This document shows positions 1 through 12,178 of a DNA stretch of 64,000 bases, piece after piece. Below the pieces are notes generated by a model. That model had not been told where the DNA came from. It made no database searches and was given only the letters and a program-made list of their open reading frames with translations. A program made the position numbers and the translations under genes. Numbering within the stretch: position 1 is the stretch's first letter; the number at the start of each line of letters is the position of its first letter. Source of the DNA: Paecilomyces variotii (taxonomy: Eukaryota); the NCBI GenBank assembly GCA_004022145.1, contig RCNU01000005.1; one strand, given 5' to 3'.

Positions 1-650
1 AGACGAATATTTTGGCTAAGATTCGGAATAGCAGTCCAAAGGAACTATAATCAAGAAGAGAAGAAAGATCTTGTACCTATCTGTCGTGTATGAGAAGTGC
101 CATATTAGGAAGGTGCAGAATGCAATAGTAGCGTCCGATAAAATGGGCATAATACGCATTCATACGACCTCTCAATCCACTACCAAGCTGCATAAATAAA
201 TGACAGCTTCCTTACCTGAGCTGATCGATTGATGAACCAGCAATGTCCCTCATATCTTAAATGGCATTCATATGCAATGTCGCTGTGGAGCGATGGACTA
301 CTAAGTGGCAAGGAAAAAGATTCAAGGCACGGGTTGTAATAGATATAATTGATTCCTCACTCGTTTACTTTTGTGAAAATCTCTCTGCTAATACTCCGCA
401 GTACTGCTAGCAATAGCGCTGCGCTATGAACGGGGAGATAGAGAGAAGGGTAGCACATGATGCTAGCCCAGAGTGCCTCTATCCCCTCCAGTCACATATA
501 GACTGCCTTTTCCATGACTTCCATCCGTATGAAGGTTGAGGGAAGTAGTGGTCTAATTAATAATGTGGCACTCTTCGTTACTGCTGCAGGCCAGGACTCG
601 TTTGGCATGATAGCCCTCAATATAACCTGGCTAGACAAGAATCGCAGAAA

Positions 651-2666
651 TCAGTGCGTAGTCTTCTCGAGGATTGTCTTCAACATCTCGTTTCCAACAC
701 GGACAGCTTCTGGGAATCGTGGAGCAAAGTAGCTCTGGATGCGCTCGAACCGGTCTTTGTAAGAGCCGAAATCTCCGAAGGAAACGCAGTCGGACCACGC
801 CTGAGAGAAGATGGTATAGTTAGTAAGATGGTCAATGGGATAATAGTGGAACAACTGTGCAGTAAGATTTCCATCCCGAGACTGGGAAAGAACTAATAAA
901 CTCGCTGACTTACCCGAGCTGCGAACGTAAATTCCAAGTCATCAGACCGGAATGTGTTGTCATCAATTGCAATGTCCAAGACCTCGTCGAGGAGATCAGG
1001 GTTACGGAAGAGATACTCCGTCACTCCAAGCCAGAGTCGGAAAAGCTTGATACTGTCAGTGCTTCCTTGGTAGAAGAGGTTAACAAAGAGGGGAGGACAC
1101 ATACCGGTGTTGAACAGATCATATGGTCATAGGGAACGATGCCCAGCTTCGACCAGCAGTCCACGATGGCTAGCAGACTAAGATGGTTATTCGGAGGAGC
1201 CTTCTCACGGGATACCTTGGAAAGAGAGAATCGATCAAGAACTTCATCCTTTAACAGCAGATCTTGTCCTTCAGTGCCGGCTTTAAAAACTGCTGCGCCT
1301 GCTGCTTTCACACGCCGTTTCAGTTCTTCTCTGTGACCGCCAATCATCAACTTGTAGAGATCGGTCACTGATTCGGCATATTGTCTGATCTGTTTTTTGG
1401 CCGACGGATTAAGGATAGCCAAACCGGCGTAAACATGCCACTTATTCGCATAGATACGTAACGTGATATTGATCTTGACGTTTTCAATACCTCCAACCCA
1501 ACGGTTGATTTCCCAGGGGAACTGGTTGTTTGCCGCCCAAGCAGTACCCATACTGAGGAAAGCAGCATGTGTAACAGCCTGCGTGTCTGCCGTTATCCGG
1601 TCGTGCATCTCACCAGTGAGATAGACATACTTCGACTCAAATGACGAGAACACTTGTTCAACAAATCTGAGGCTTTTGTCCGTAGCTCGATGCTGGATGA
1701 GTACCTAGCAGACGAAACGTTATCAGACGATCTTGCCCGGGGATATCTGTGAGGTAAGCTCCTACCAGAGGCTGGCCTTTGGGATTAACATTAGGGCCAT
1801 GCAGAGAATGGCATGAGAGGATCTCTACGTCGGGGGGCAAATGTTTATCGAATGCCGCTAACTCTGGCGCTTTGCAGGATGTCTGGCCGCCAACGATGGC
1901 ACCGACCTTCGTTGCTTTCCGGGGGTCAGATACAGAAAGTTGAAGGAGATAGCTATCATCCGGGGCAACATACATGGCCCATACTCGGCGACTACTTTGT
2001 CAATAGCACCGGCCTCTACGCTGTAAATAATATAATCGCTAATTCTTGACACCAGGTGCCCATTTGGATATATGGTGATATCTTGCTACATACAATGAGT
2101 TTCCGACGGAGAAACAATGGCGGTCAACGTACTTGGGATCCAGAGAATTCGTCTTTCAGGGCCTGATAATTATCCGGCCTATCACAGGCGTTGATTCTTC
2201 AAGAATACTATTAGCAGGGATCGCTATTTACCGTGAACCGTATCAAAAAAGTTCCTGCCTGCTGCATCTCGGGTTAGCACCAGAGTAATAAGAAGGTAGA
2301 GTGTTCCAAATGATCAAAGGTGAAATGAAGATGTCAGAAAAAGATAGTAAGGTAGCGTGGTTTTTACATCATTGACGACCTGTCAGCTGACTTCCAGCGC
2401 CAGAATGGCAAGGAAGCCAACTGCCAGGCCATGCTCGAGCCAAATGCACTCTAGTCATCATGCAAGGGAGTCTGGAGGGGAAAGCGGTTCGGAGAGAATG
2501 GAGGATGCCTTACCATGAAAACAGAAACTCGGTCCCATGACTCATAAGAGACGACAAGGGGGGTAAGTTACCTCCAACCCGCCTTGCTCAAAAGACGAGC
2601 ATACATCTTCCCCATGTCACCCATCCCGATGATGCCAATGGAGGCATTGCTCTTGTTGAGATCCAT
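651..2666 (-). CDS. TYR1: Prephenate dehydrogenase (NADP+), multi-exon
   Basis: Exon ORFs read MDLNKSNASIGIIGMGDMGKMYA (Rossmann GxGxxG), SRISDYIIYSVEA, GGQTSCKAPE..SCHSLHGP, HDRITADTQAVTHAAFLSMG, and a C-terminus RFPEAVRVGNEMLKTIL. ATG at 2666, stop at 651. Confidence 0.93.
2332..2463 (-). ncRNA. snR13: Box C/D snoRNA, snR13/SNORD15-like, intronic in TYR1
   Basis: Minus strand shows C box ATGATGA (2455-2461), guide GAGTGCATTTGGCT followed by D' CGAG (2434-2437), a C'-like ATGATGT, a GCTACCTT element (2349-2356) and D box CTGA (2334-2337). The guide and GCTACCTT are complementary to LSU rRNA AAGGUAGCCAAAUGC, and the layout matches yeast snR13 as I recall it. Confidence 0.85.
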
Positions 2667-3212
2667 GCTGGACCAGGATTGCTCTGTTATCAGATCTGTG
2701 AGTGTGTGAGTCCGCCAAAAATGTCGAGAAGGTGACACCGTTAGAAGGAAAGCAAGCGGTCGACATATGACCTGACAAATGCGATCCTCCAAACAGTGCT
2801 CCTTAGGATCAAGGTCGCCAGCAAGAAAGAATTCTTGCTGGACCTGGATAATTGACAAAGATGGAAGACGGAGATGCCAGAGATCGCGGACGCTGAAGAA
2901 ATAGGTCGCAATTCCTGCCAGCGCTAGTCCATTTCCACGCATCGTTCCCCGGGCCGACTCGGAACCGAGCCACCAAATTGATTGATACCTGACAAGTCAG
3001 GCAGCATCAGGCAGCAGCTCGCTTCCTTCTGGTCCGTGCGGCCTCACCGGCCACGATGAGCCAATCATCGTTTTTGAAGGAAATTCTAGGGCACACACGG
3101 CGGGTTTTCGGCGTGCGAGTCTACAGTCGTCGTCGCATCGTGAGAGCTTCATTTTGTTCCTTTCTCTCTCCATATTCCATCCACACAGACCCCGGTCCAC
3201 CACAGTCACAAG

Positions 3213-3888
<676 letters not shown>

Positions 3889-4656
3889 ACATGTGCGCTA
3901 CACTTCATCAAGCACCTTCTGTATCTCTATTACAGTTGGTCCTTGGTCGGATTGGAGGGTACATGCGGGCTGCGCCTGCGAATGTGGATGGAATAAACGC
4001 GAAGAACGGCATTTTCGCCTGGTCTTCTCTTTTCCTTTTCCAAAAGGTCTATTCTCAGTTTTGGGCATTCTGTAGCTTGCCTGTATGACACCAGCTATAT
4101 GAACGATTAATGAAGAACTGAACTGAGAGCAAAACATTTCTCCTCTCGTAGATTCATTAACTAAATGACAAATTTCTAGCGAATCAACACAGTATCAAAT
4201 ATACTCTCAGCAAATTATAATAGCAATTGTAGCTGAACGCCGTTGTTGCGTTGCGAACCTGCATATCAATTCGACCCCGCGGAGCTGGCTAGAAATTTCT
4301 TGACCAAATTCGGAAATGCAACATGATGTAACTGCATCGCGGGAAGCTCTGCAGAAATCACCATCGTCGCAAACAAGAGCACAACCATAATCTTGTGAAA
4401 TTTACGACCTCTTTTGGTAGACTACTTACTATACGCCATAATATCCCAAGTCCCAATCCACCCCCCCGGAAGCCGACTGTCTCTACTTAAGCTACTTACT
4501 TTCAGACCCCGCAAATTTCGCAACATTTTCCACCGCCTCAGTTCAATCATCAATGAGGGACAATACATCACCCACGAGAACAACCCCCGGCTCATAAAGA
4601 GCTAAACAAGAATACACACAGAATCTACACACCTCCTAAACATACGACATAACACA

Positions 4657-6045
4657 ATGCCTCCCCAATCCTCACCACTTCCAACACCAACGATCCTTCT
4701 TCCTGGCCTTCCGCCAAAAACCCTCGTCGGCATCGACCTACTCTCATTCACCTCCACTGCCAATTTCCACGGTATTCGCGACTTACCTGAAGGATGGCAC
4801 TTTCTCTACACCGGGACGACGGAGAGCTTTTCCCTTCGGTGTGGAGGATGGTTTTATATCGGAGATATTCAATCCGCTACTACTACTGGTGCAGCCTCGA
4901 CAGCTCTGACTCGGCGGAGGTTAGGTGGCGCGGACGCGACGGAGATTCGTGTCTGGAAGTGGAATCAAGATGTTGAAGCTCTAGTGCCTATAATCGGAGA
5001 GAGTAGTGAAGAGAAACAAGAGGCGATGCGATATAAAGCGAATCTCAGCGCGATCTGGCAGAGCGGGGGTCTATTTCGGTATCGGAGTCGGATATCCTCT
5101 ACGGCGGCGGGGGGACGGGAGGAGGATCGGGATTTGGATGATGAGGATAATCAGAAGGAAGGGAGGAGCGATTGGGTTGGATTGACGGGGAATATTTCGC
5201 CGCAGTTACTGTCGCGTATTCTGGGAGATCCGGAGGTTGATGTTGATGGGAAGCCGAGATGGACGGTGACGTCTGGGAGTACGGCGCAGAGGGATGCGGA
5301 TCAGATTCCGGGGCTGACGTCTCGAGAAGCTGCTGGAATTACTGCGGAGCAAGAGAAAGATTTGCGGTTTTTGCCTGTGGATTTGAAGCGGACGTGGCGT
5401 GAGGGTGCTATTGGGAGGGAAAGGACAGAAGCTGCTCAGGATCGATCATGGGCGTTGGGCGATCTTGTACGGAGGGTCGCGCAGGACGGAGATGAGCAGA
5501 TGGGAGAGAGGCAGGTTCTGGGTGAACTGCAGTTTACGTTTCTTATGGTTCTGACACTGATGAATTATTCGTGTCTCGAACAATGGAAGAGACTGCTGAG
5601 CTTGATATTCACATGTCGAGCTGCCGTGACTGCACGGGAGGGATTCTTTACGGATGTGCTACGACTCCTACGGTTACAATTGAAGCGTTGCGACGATGTG
5701 GAAGGGGGTTTATTCGAGATGGATGGGGAAAATGGCGCCGAATTCCTCATCAAGCTACTCACGGGCTTCAAACGGACGGTGGATGAACTAAGCGATGGCG
5801 TCGGTTTTGCAGTCAAGTTTGAACTGAAGGTATTCGAGAAATGGGTCAAGGAGGAATTCAACTGGGAGCTTAAAAAGGAGGCCATTGTCAAGAGAGGCAT
5901 GCTTGAGTTGGAAGATGGAGAGCGGGTGGAGATGGAGATGAACGATGCCGACGAAGAGGACGAGACGGGCGAATATGCACCTGTGATCGTCGATCTGGGC
6001 GAGAGGGAAGGCAGTTCATCTCTGGAGCTAGATATGAAGGATTAA
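4657..6045 (+). CDS. AAR2: AAR2 family U5 snRNP assembly protein
   Basis: Single 462-aa ORF with VGIDLLSFTST.NFHGIRDLPEGWHFLY and LGELQFTFLMVLTLMNYSCLEQWKRLL, both typical of AAR2. Confidence 0.88.
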   Translation: MPPQSSPLPTPTILLPGLPPKTLVGIDLLSFTSTANFHGIRDLPEGWHFLYTGTTESFSLRCGGWFYIGDIQSATTTGAASTALTRRRLGGADATEIRVWKWNQDVEALVPIIGESSEEKQEAMRYKANLSAIWQSGGLFRYRSRISSTAAGGREEDRDLDDEDNQKEGRSDWVGLTGNISPQLLSRILGDPEVDVDGKPRWTVTSGSTAQRDADQIPGLTSREAAGITAEQEKDLRFLPVDLKRTWREGAIGRERTEAAQDRSWALGDLVRRVAQDGDEQMGERQVLGELQFTFLMVLTLMNYSCLEQWKRLLSLIFTCRAAVTAREGFFTDVLRLLRLQLKRCDDVEGGLFEMDGENGAEFLIKLLTGFKRTVDELSDGVGFAVKFELKVFEKWVKEEFNWELKKEAIVKRGMLELEDGERVEMEMNDADEEDETGEYAPVIVDLGEREGSSSLELDMKD

Positions 6046-6456
6046 TGAGTAATGAATCAAATCAGAAAGCACATATGCTGCGGCGCTCTGGGAAGCTGCA
6101 TGAATAGTTTCATCGTCATTGAGAGGCTGTGTTGGTCACACATGATATCAAATTTCGGAGAATCATAGTAGCTGTGTCCTAACCCATTTCAAAAAGACCC
6201 ACCCAACCATGCGAACGCTGGAATATCGGGGCTTTTTTTCGGAACAAAAAGATGAAATGAGTAAAGAAAAGTTGTTTATTTCAGAGACCTGGCCTAGTCT
6301 ACCACCAGTTGAGAAACAAGCCGGTATCCCACACATGATGGCCACAACCACATGCGATTTTTCTCCCATTTCATTTTTTCCCTTTCCCCCGCATGAACGA
6401 AGAAAGAAACAACCAGAACCGCCAAACAGCACCCTTTTTGCCTGACTGGTAGCCGT

Positions 6457-7215
6457 TTAACGGTAGGATTTCTGGTAGCGGGCACGGGCACCGGGACCGC
6501 CGAACTTCTTGGGCTCTGCCCGACGGTTGTCGGCAACGAGCAGTGTGCGGTCGTACTGTACAAGAGCCTGCTTGAGCTGGTTCTTGGAGTGCTCGTCAAC
6601 GTACTTCTGGTAGTAGGCGACGATGGACTTGGCGATGGCCTGGCGGATGGCGTAGATCTGAGAGACGTGACCACCACCGGTAACGCGGACGCGGATGTCG
6701 ACACCGGCGAACTTGTCGAGGCCGACAATCAGAAGAGGCTCGTAGACCTATATATTTGATGATCTGTCAGAGACAACCGTATCCTTCACTGATCGCAACG
6801 AAGACGATCGTCGCTTTCCGGGTATAGCTGATAAAAGGATTCGTCGTACCTTGAAGCGGAGGATCTCGGGCTGAACGAGCGAGAGGGGCTGGCCGTTAAC
6901 CTTGATGAGGCCCTTGCCTGCCTGTTGTTCTCAAGTCTCAGCATTTTGTTCATTCATTTTCCATATTGTCCATGCCAATCTCTCTTCTCTCAATTCCAAA
7001 TCCTCTCTCATTCTCCCATATTCCATCTCCAAATATTCGATTCCAAGGGAAACAGTCCATCCGTACCTTGCAGTGGGCGACGGCAGTAGCTATAATTTAA
7101 AATCCTCCAGTCAGTAAATTTATTCCAGACCCAACAACTTCCAAAACAATCTCGCGCATCAAAACTCACCCGTCTTCTTCTTGCCGAAGCATTGCACACT
7201 CTGGGTAGAAGCCAT
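6457..7215 (-). CDS. RPS16: 40S ribosomal protein S16 (uS9), 4 exons
   Basis: [79 protein letters not shown]. Confidence 0.97.
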
Positions 7216-7656
7216 GGTGGGTATGGATGGCTTTTGCCGGGTGTCGAGAAGGGGAGTGTGCGAAGGGGTGGTGTCGTTGTCGTCGTCGCAAGTCTTCCAA
7301 CTCGATTCGAGGTGTAAAATCCCAAGGTGAGTTGCGGGTGTGCGGGCTTTCGCTTAGTGTGCGCGCTAGTGCTACCTAGGGCTTTCGTTCCGCTCGTTGA
7401 GAACCTGAGGCTGCCATATCTTAGGTAGTCCGAGCATGTCACGTGAAGTAGGCGCCCGGTCGGACGAGCCAGAATCTCCGAATAGGAAAGTTCGGAGAAA
7501 ACACAGGTGATGAGCTTTGGTTGTTGGTCGACTGTTCCCCCGTTGATACCCAAGCTTTCGGCCGTCGACGCGGTTCGATTGTCTATTTGATTCTTTCTTC
7601 GTTTCGTTCTACCTCACTTTGCTTTCCAGGGTTCAATCCCCTCCTGAGTCTTCAAG

Positions 7657-8432
7657 ATGTCGCAGACCGTCGGAAAGGTAAAGGAATTCAATATCATATC
7701 TCTCCCCAATCCGCCAATTCCATACATGCCAACTGACCATGTCCTTTTTTTCCCTCCTTAGACTCGTCTCGCATACTCTCGCGCCTGGCACTATGTCGAC
7801 GTCGGATCTGACCCTCGATCTCTCGGCCGTCTAGCCTCCTCCATCGCCATCCACCTGATGGGCAAACACAAGCCGATCTACGACCCCTCCACAGACTGCG
7901 GTGACTATGTTGTTGCTGTCGGATGCCACGACCTGCGGGTGACGGGCAAGAAGAAACTGCAGAAGAAGTACTACACGCACACGACCCGGCCCGGTAGCTT
8001 GAAGAGCATGACGATGGACAAGATGTTTGAGAAGTGGGGAGGCGGAGAGGTCCTGAAGCGCGCTGTTAGGGGCATGTTGCCGAAGAACAGGCTTCGGGAT
8101 CAGAGATTGGCTAGATTGAAGAGTGAGTGCAATGGTTATTCTTCTTTTCTTTGGCGGGGGGATGTATAAGTCCATATGGGTATTATCAGGCTTTCTAGTC
8201 GACGTCTGAAACCTTCCGGAAGTTGGCTTTGATATATACTTTTGATGAGACATGCTTGGAATCTTGATTTATATACCCTGAATGGTTGATGGCTAACGCA
8301 TCTATAGCCTTCGAAGGTCTCGCGCACCCCTACAAGGAGAATATCGTGAAGATCGGTAATCAGCCCGTGATTGGACAGCTGCCCGAGGTGCAGCAAGCGT
8401 TCGAGAAGGCCAAGGAAGAGTCGTCACCATGA
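7657..8432 (+). CDS. MRPL23: Mitochondrial large ribosomal subunit protein uL13m, 3 exons
   Basis: [78 protein letters not shown]. Confidence 0.93.
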
Positions 8433-8816
8433 AAAATCTTTCTACGGTCGGATCTATGTAATTTATTCATGTTCATCTTTTTCCTTTCCTTTCTTTTTTT
8501 CACCTTCAAGCTCGCAGCGCATGGGTGTGGAGTCCGTCGGGATTTTGAAATGCAAATGCTATTTTGGCATGGTGTCAACTGAGCTTGCTCCTCCTTCCAG
8601 TGGTTTAGGAGGGAAGCCTCATTTTCTACGGGGTAGAACACGTTCTTCTGATGAATCCAGTCTTTTTCATTATGTATCATAAAAAGGAACAGATAAAGAT
8701 CTCAAATGCTAGAATCAAAATGCCCTACGCCGCTTTATGTTCCATGCAGACGCTGCAACTACCGTCATACGCCTTTCTGGCCACTACCGGACCGTCTAGA
8801 TGTCTCTAGTATGCGA

Positions 8817-9865
8817 TTACAGTTTTGCGTTTTCTCGCTTCTCGCCAGATCGCGCGACGCTGCACTTGATCAGACCATTAGGGTTGGTTTGCGGGGCATA
8901 TACTTCGGCATCCTTGCCGGTGTTCTTCAGACCCTTGTGCCAGCTGAGATCTATAGACACAAGTTCGATTAGTATCCGGTCATCTGCAGAGGCAGAGTAA
9001 TCGACCACTTACCAACTTCAAAGTAGTGCTTGTTGGGCAGAGAATACTCGACCGTCTCGACCAGCGGGACAGCCGCGAGGATCTTCTCTGCCATGTTATA
9101 CATAGTCGCCTGTACACTGGCGCTGTTTTCCTCCGCGAAGGTCTTGAGGGTGATATCCCGCGCAGCAGTCCATGCCTCGTCGAATTTGGGAATCTCAGCT
9201 CGGACGGCAGCGAGGTTCTCAAAGAGCTTCCAGTCCCAGCTGGCGTCAACTTCCGTGCTGAGGATCCGATCCCATGTCTCCGGAAGAGTGGTGTACTCGT
9301 CGCGGATAAAGCCCCAGAACTGGGAATTGGTGCTCTTGAGAACCAGAAGGCCCGCGATGGCGGATTTGATCTGAATGCCCTTGCCTTCGGTGACGTCGAC
9401 CTGGACGTTGCGTGTTTCGTTGCCGTCGCGGAGGAAGGAGTGCGGATGTGGTTGGCCGTCAATGGTCATGCGGGTCCAGCGGTGCGTAACGACGTTGACG
9501 TGAGCAGTGTGGACGTGGGCATATCTCTCGATAAAGTGAGTGCCCAGAATGGACCCAAATAGCTCTGGGGGAGTGACGGGATTCTGCTTTGCGAGGATGT
9601 AGATAGTGTTCTTGATCGTGTCTGTGGCTACGATCACGCTGTTGTCGGCCGCTGTGTATCTATAGAGGGGAGGGGCATGTTAGATGTCTCTCGTTGCGCG
9701 CTGGATATTGTCAATTTCAACTTACGAGGCGTCAATCTCCCCCTCCAGCAGCACACACACAGTCATCTCGACCACCGTGTGCACCCCTGTCTCCTGGTCA
9801 CGGTGCACCTTGTACACACGGACGTTATCTTTCCCATAGCGGGCCGATGCAAGTCTGGCAGTCAT
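8817..9865 (-). CDS. uaZ: Urate oxidase (uricase), peroxisomal (PTS1 AKL), 3 exons
   Basis: MTARLASARYGKDNVRVYKV..IVATDTIKNTIYILAK..LVLKSTNSQFWGFIRDEYTTLPETWDRILST..YSLPNKHYFE..IDLSWHKGLKNTGKDAEV..AKL*. Confidence 0.97.
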
Positions 9866-10274
9866 GACGAACAGCAGGGTAACGGAGTCAAGTGGGAGAG
9901 AAGGAAGCCAAGTCTATCTATCGTGACCTCGAGAGGGAGCAGAGAAGAAAGTAATGTCAAGACGCTGCTTGAATGAATTGTCTACCACAGTCTCCAGAGT
10001 ATGTGTTCGTTGGGGGGAGCTGGTTCTCTTATAAGGGTGGCTTATCAAGCTGCGGAAGCTCCCAAGACCGGATAACGCGCAGGTCACCGGAGACGAGCGG
10101 ACAGCAGAAACAGCAGGGGGAAAGACTGTCCTCGAATATGCCTGGGGTAACTAACTATGACTACTACTGGATACTGAGTAACACGGGAAACTGCCAGTAG
10201 TGAAGCTCTCCAGGCCAGAAGCCAAAGAGCCCGATCCCCGAAGCTGACAGGAGCAGGACAAGACAAGACAGGCA

Positions 10275-10288
10275 TCGGGCAGCTCCGA
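10275..10288. promoter_or_regulatory. UaY (purine-utilisation Zn2Cys6 activator) binding site upstream of uricase
   Basis: TCGG-GCAGCT-CCGA matches the TCGG-N6-CCGA consensus, ~410 bp upstream of the uaZ ATG. GATA (AreA-type) sites flank it near 10041, 10071 and 10434. Confidence 0.75.
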
Positions 10289-12178
10289 AGCCCGCAAGAA
10301 GGGCCTGGTGACGGCCGGCGGGCAGGGCTGGCAGGGAGCACGTTGGTTGGTGCCCGTGCTGGCGGTGGATCGGCGGCACGCTAACCAAAGGCTTTCAGAG
10401 CGAGATCGCTTGGGCGGGTCCAGGCACGGGCATCTTATCAGTCCGTCCCCTCTCGAATGAGTTATTCACGCCTGTCATCTCGATATGTATGTACGGTAAT
10501 TAATCAATCAATCAACTAACAATGGCTTCATTCTATTATTCTATTATTCTTCCACCGGGATTTGGATTGGGATCTCTCTCTGGATCGACAGCAAAAGTTC
10601 TTCAAAACACTGCTCTTGACTCCTCTCAGCAGACACGGGTGGCTCCGTCTCGGCCGTCTCTCACCCCGCAACCGTGGGACGTCCCGCCATAACGTCTGAT
10701 TCCCTTAAGTAATCTATATATCACGTTTGTTCATCCCTCCAGGAAAGTTTCTATCTATATCCTCGACCGGTGTTTGAGACTCTTGAGACCCTCGCGCATT
10801 CGGATTCTGGTTGACACGTATTCTATAGCAGTTCTCATTGCATCCATTCGCGACTCGAGTACCTATCATCAGCAGAAAAATGGCTGGAAAACACTGCAAG
10901 ACCACATCTGCAGTAAGACCGCAGTGCATGTCGTAATTACATTTGTTGATGGAGCACCCCTTGACTCTGGACGCTTCTCATCCCGCGGCGTGCGTCGTCT
11001 GTTGGTCTGTTGGTTGTTCGTTCTCCCACGAGTCAGGCTGCAGAGACCCCCCTGGGAGTTCAATCTCGCTCCGAGAAGACGACATTGGGAAATAACCCAC
11101 CATCCTGCCATCCACGACATTCCTGCAGAGGATAATAATGGTACCTTTGGAGGACATTGGTGGACAGTAGTAGTTCCCACCGGCCAGGACCCTTCTTTCA
11201 TGCTGGTCATGGCTTGAACGGGGATCCTCGGACCGTCTGGAGCGAATCCGCACCCAGCTCCTGTCATGGCCGGCGACGATGGATGCCAGACCTTCCGTCG
11301 TCGTACCACTTCGCTATCCCCGTCCAGGCGGAGTAGGGCGAATTTCCGTTCGGGATCCTTTGGGACTCGCTTTCTCCCATGTGACGATGTGGTAGCCTCC
11401 GTGAAGGGTCAAAGATGCTGTGACCGGTTACCTCCGACGCACGTTACCTATTACTGCTCACATTAGTCCCCGTAGCTTCTTATTATTATCCTGAAGAAGA
11501 TCTTAGACAGCCAATTTCGCGCCAGTAAATTGGTAAATAATCAGTCAGACCGTCCTTCCATTGGGAAAGGGGCCATGCAGAAGTTGATATCCGTTTGCTG
11601 CTTAATAGATCCACCATCGAGAGAACAAAAATGCCTCGAATTCTGGTCATCTGGAGTAAAGGACGACCTGGGACTTGTTCATGCCTGCGTCTGACAAGAT
11701 GTCGCAGAGAAGTCCGTTATGAGAAAGCCTGAGGCATTCTTAGACATGTCTTAGTCAGCCTCACCAACGCGCCAAGGACAACTCCAGGGCGGAGAAGAGC
11801 GAAGAGCGATACGCCAACCAGAGAGGACAAACCAGCTGCTAGACTGCCTGCGTGTTGCTTGCGAGGTTGAAACATCTCTTTGAGATATCCTCGATCCTAT
11901 CCCTTTGCTCATCACCGTGGTATTCCAGAGGAGGGACGTGTCGAGGGCCGTACCACTCGTTGTCAGCCAGCACTTCCCCTCCTTCGTAGAGGCGCCGCAT
12001 CCCGACTCACCGATCGTGTCCCTGACATCGAATCCGCTCCCTTCGGCGCTCGTGAAGCCCTGCAGCTGAAACTGCCCGCGGTAGACACCCCGTTCGTTAT
12101 ATACGAGCTCAATGCGACATCCCGACTTCCGATCCATGTGCGGGAAGTGATACACGGGTCGATCCTAGATGGAGATCC

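Noticed and set aside
3203-3210. Homol-D box CAGTCACA at RPS14
   Set aside because: It directly abuts the ATG, so it lies in the 5' UTR, and the same 8-mer occurs at unrelated positions (~489 and ~30022).
8124-8306. snoRNA in the ~180-nt MRPL23 intron (TGATGA and CTGA present)
   Set aside because: The boxes are only ~35 nt apart, there is no good 5' C box, and I recognise no rRNA-complementary guide.
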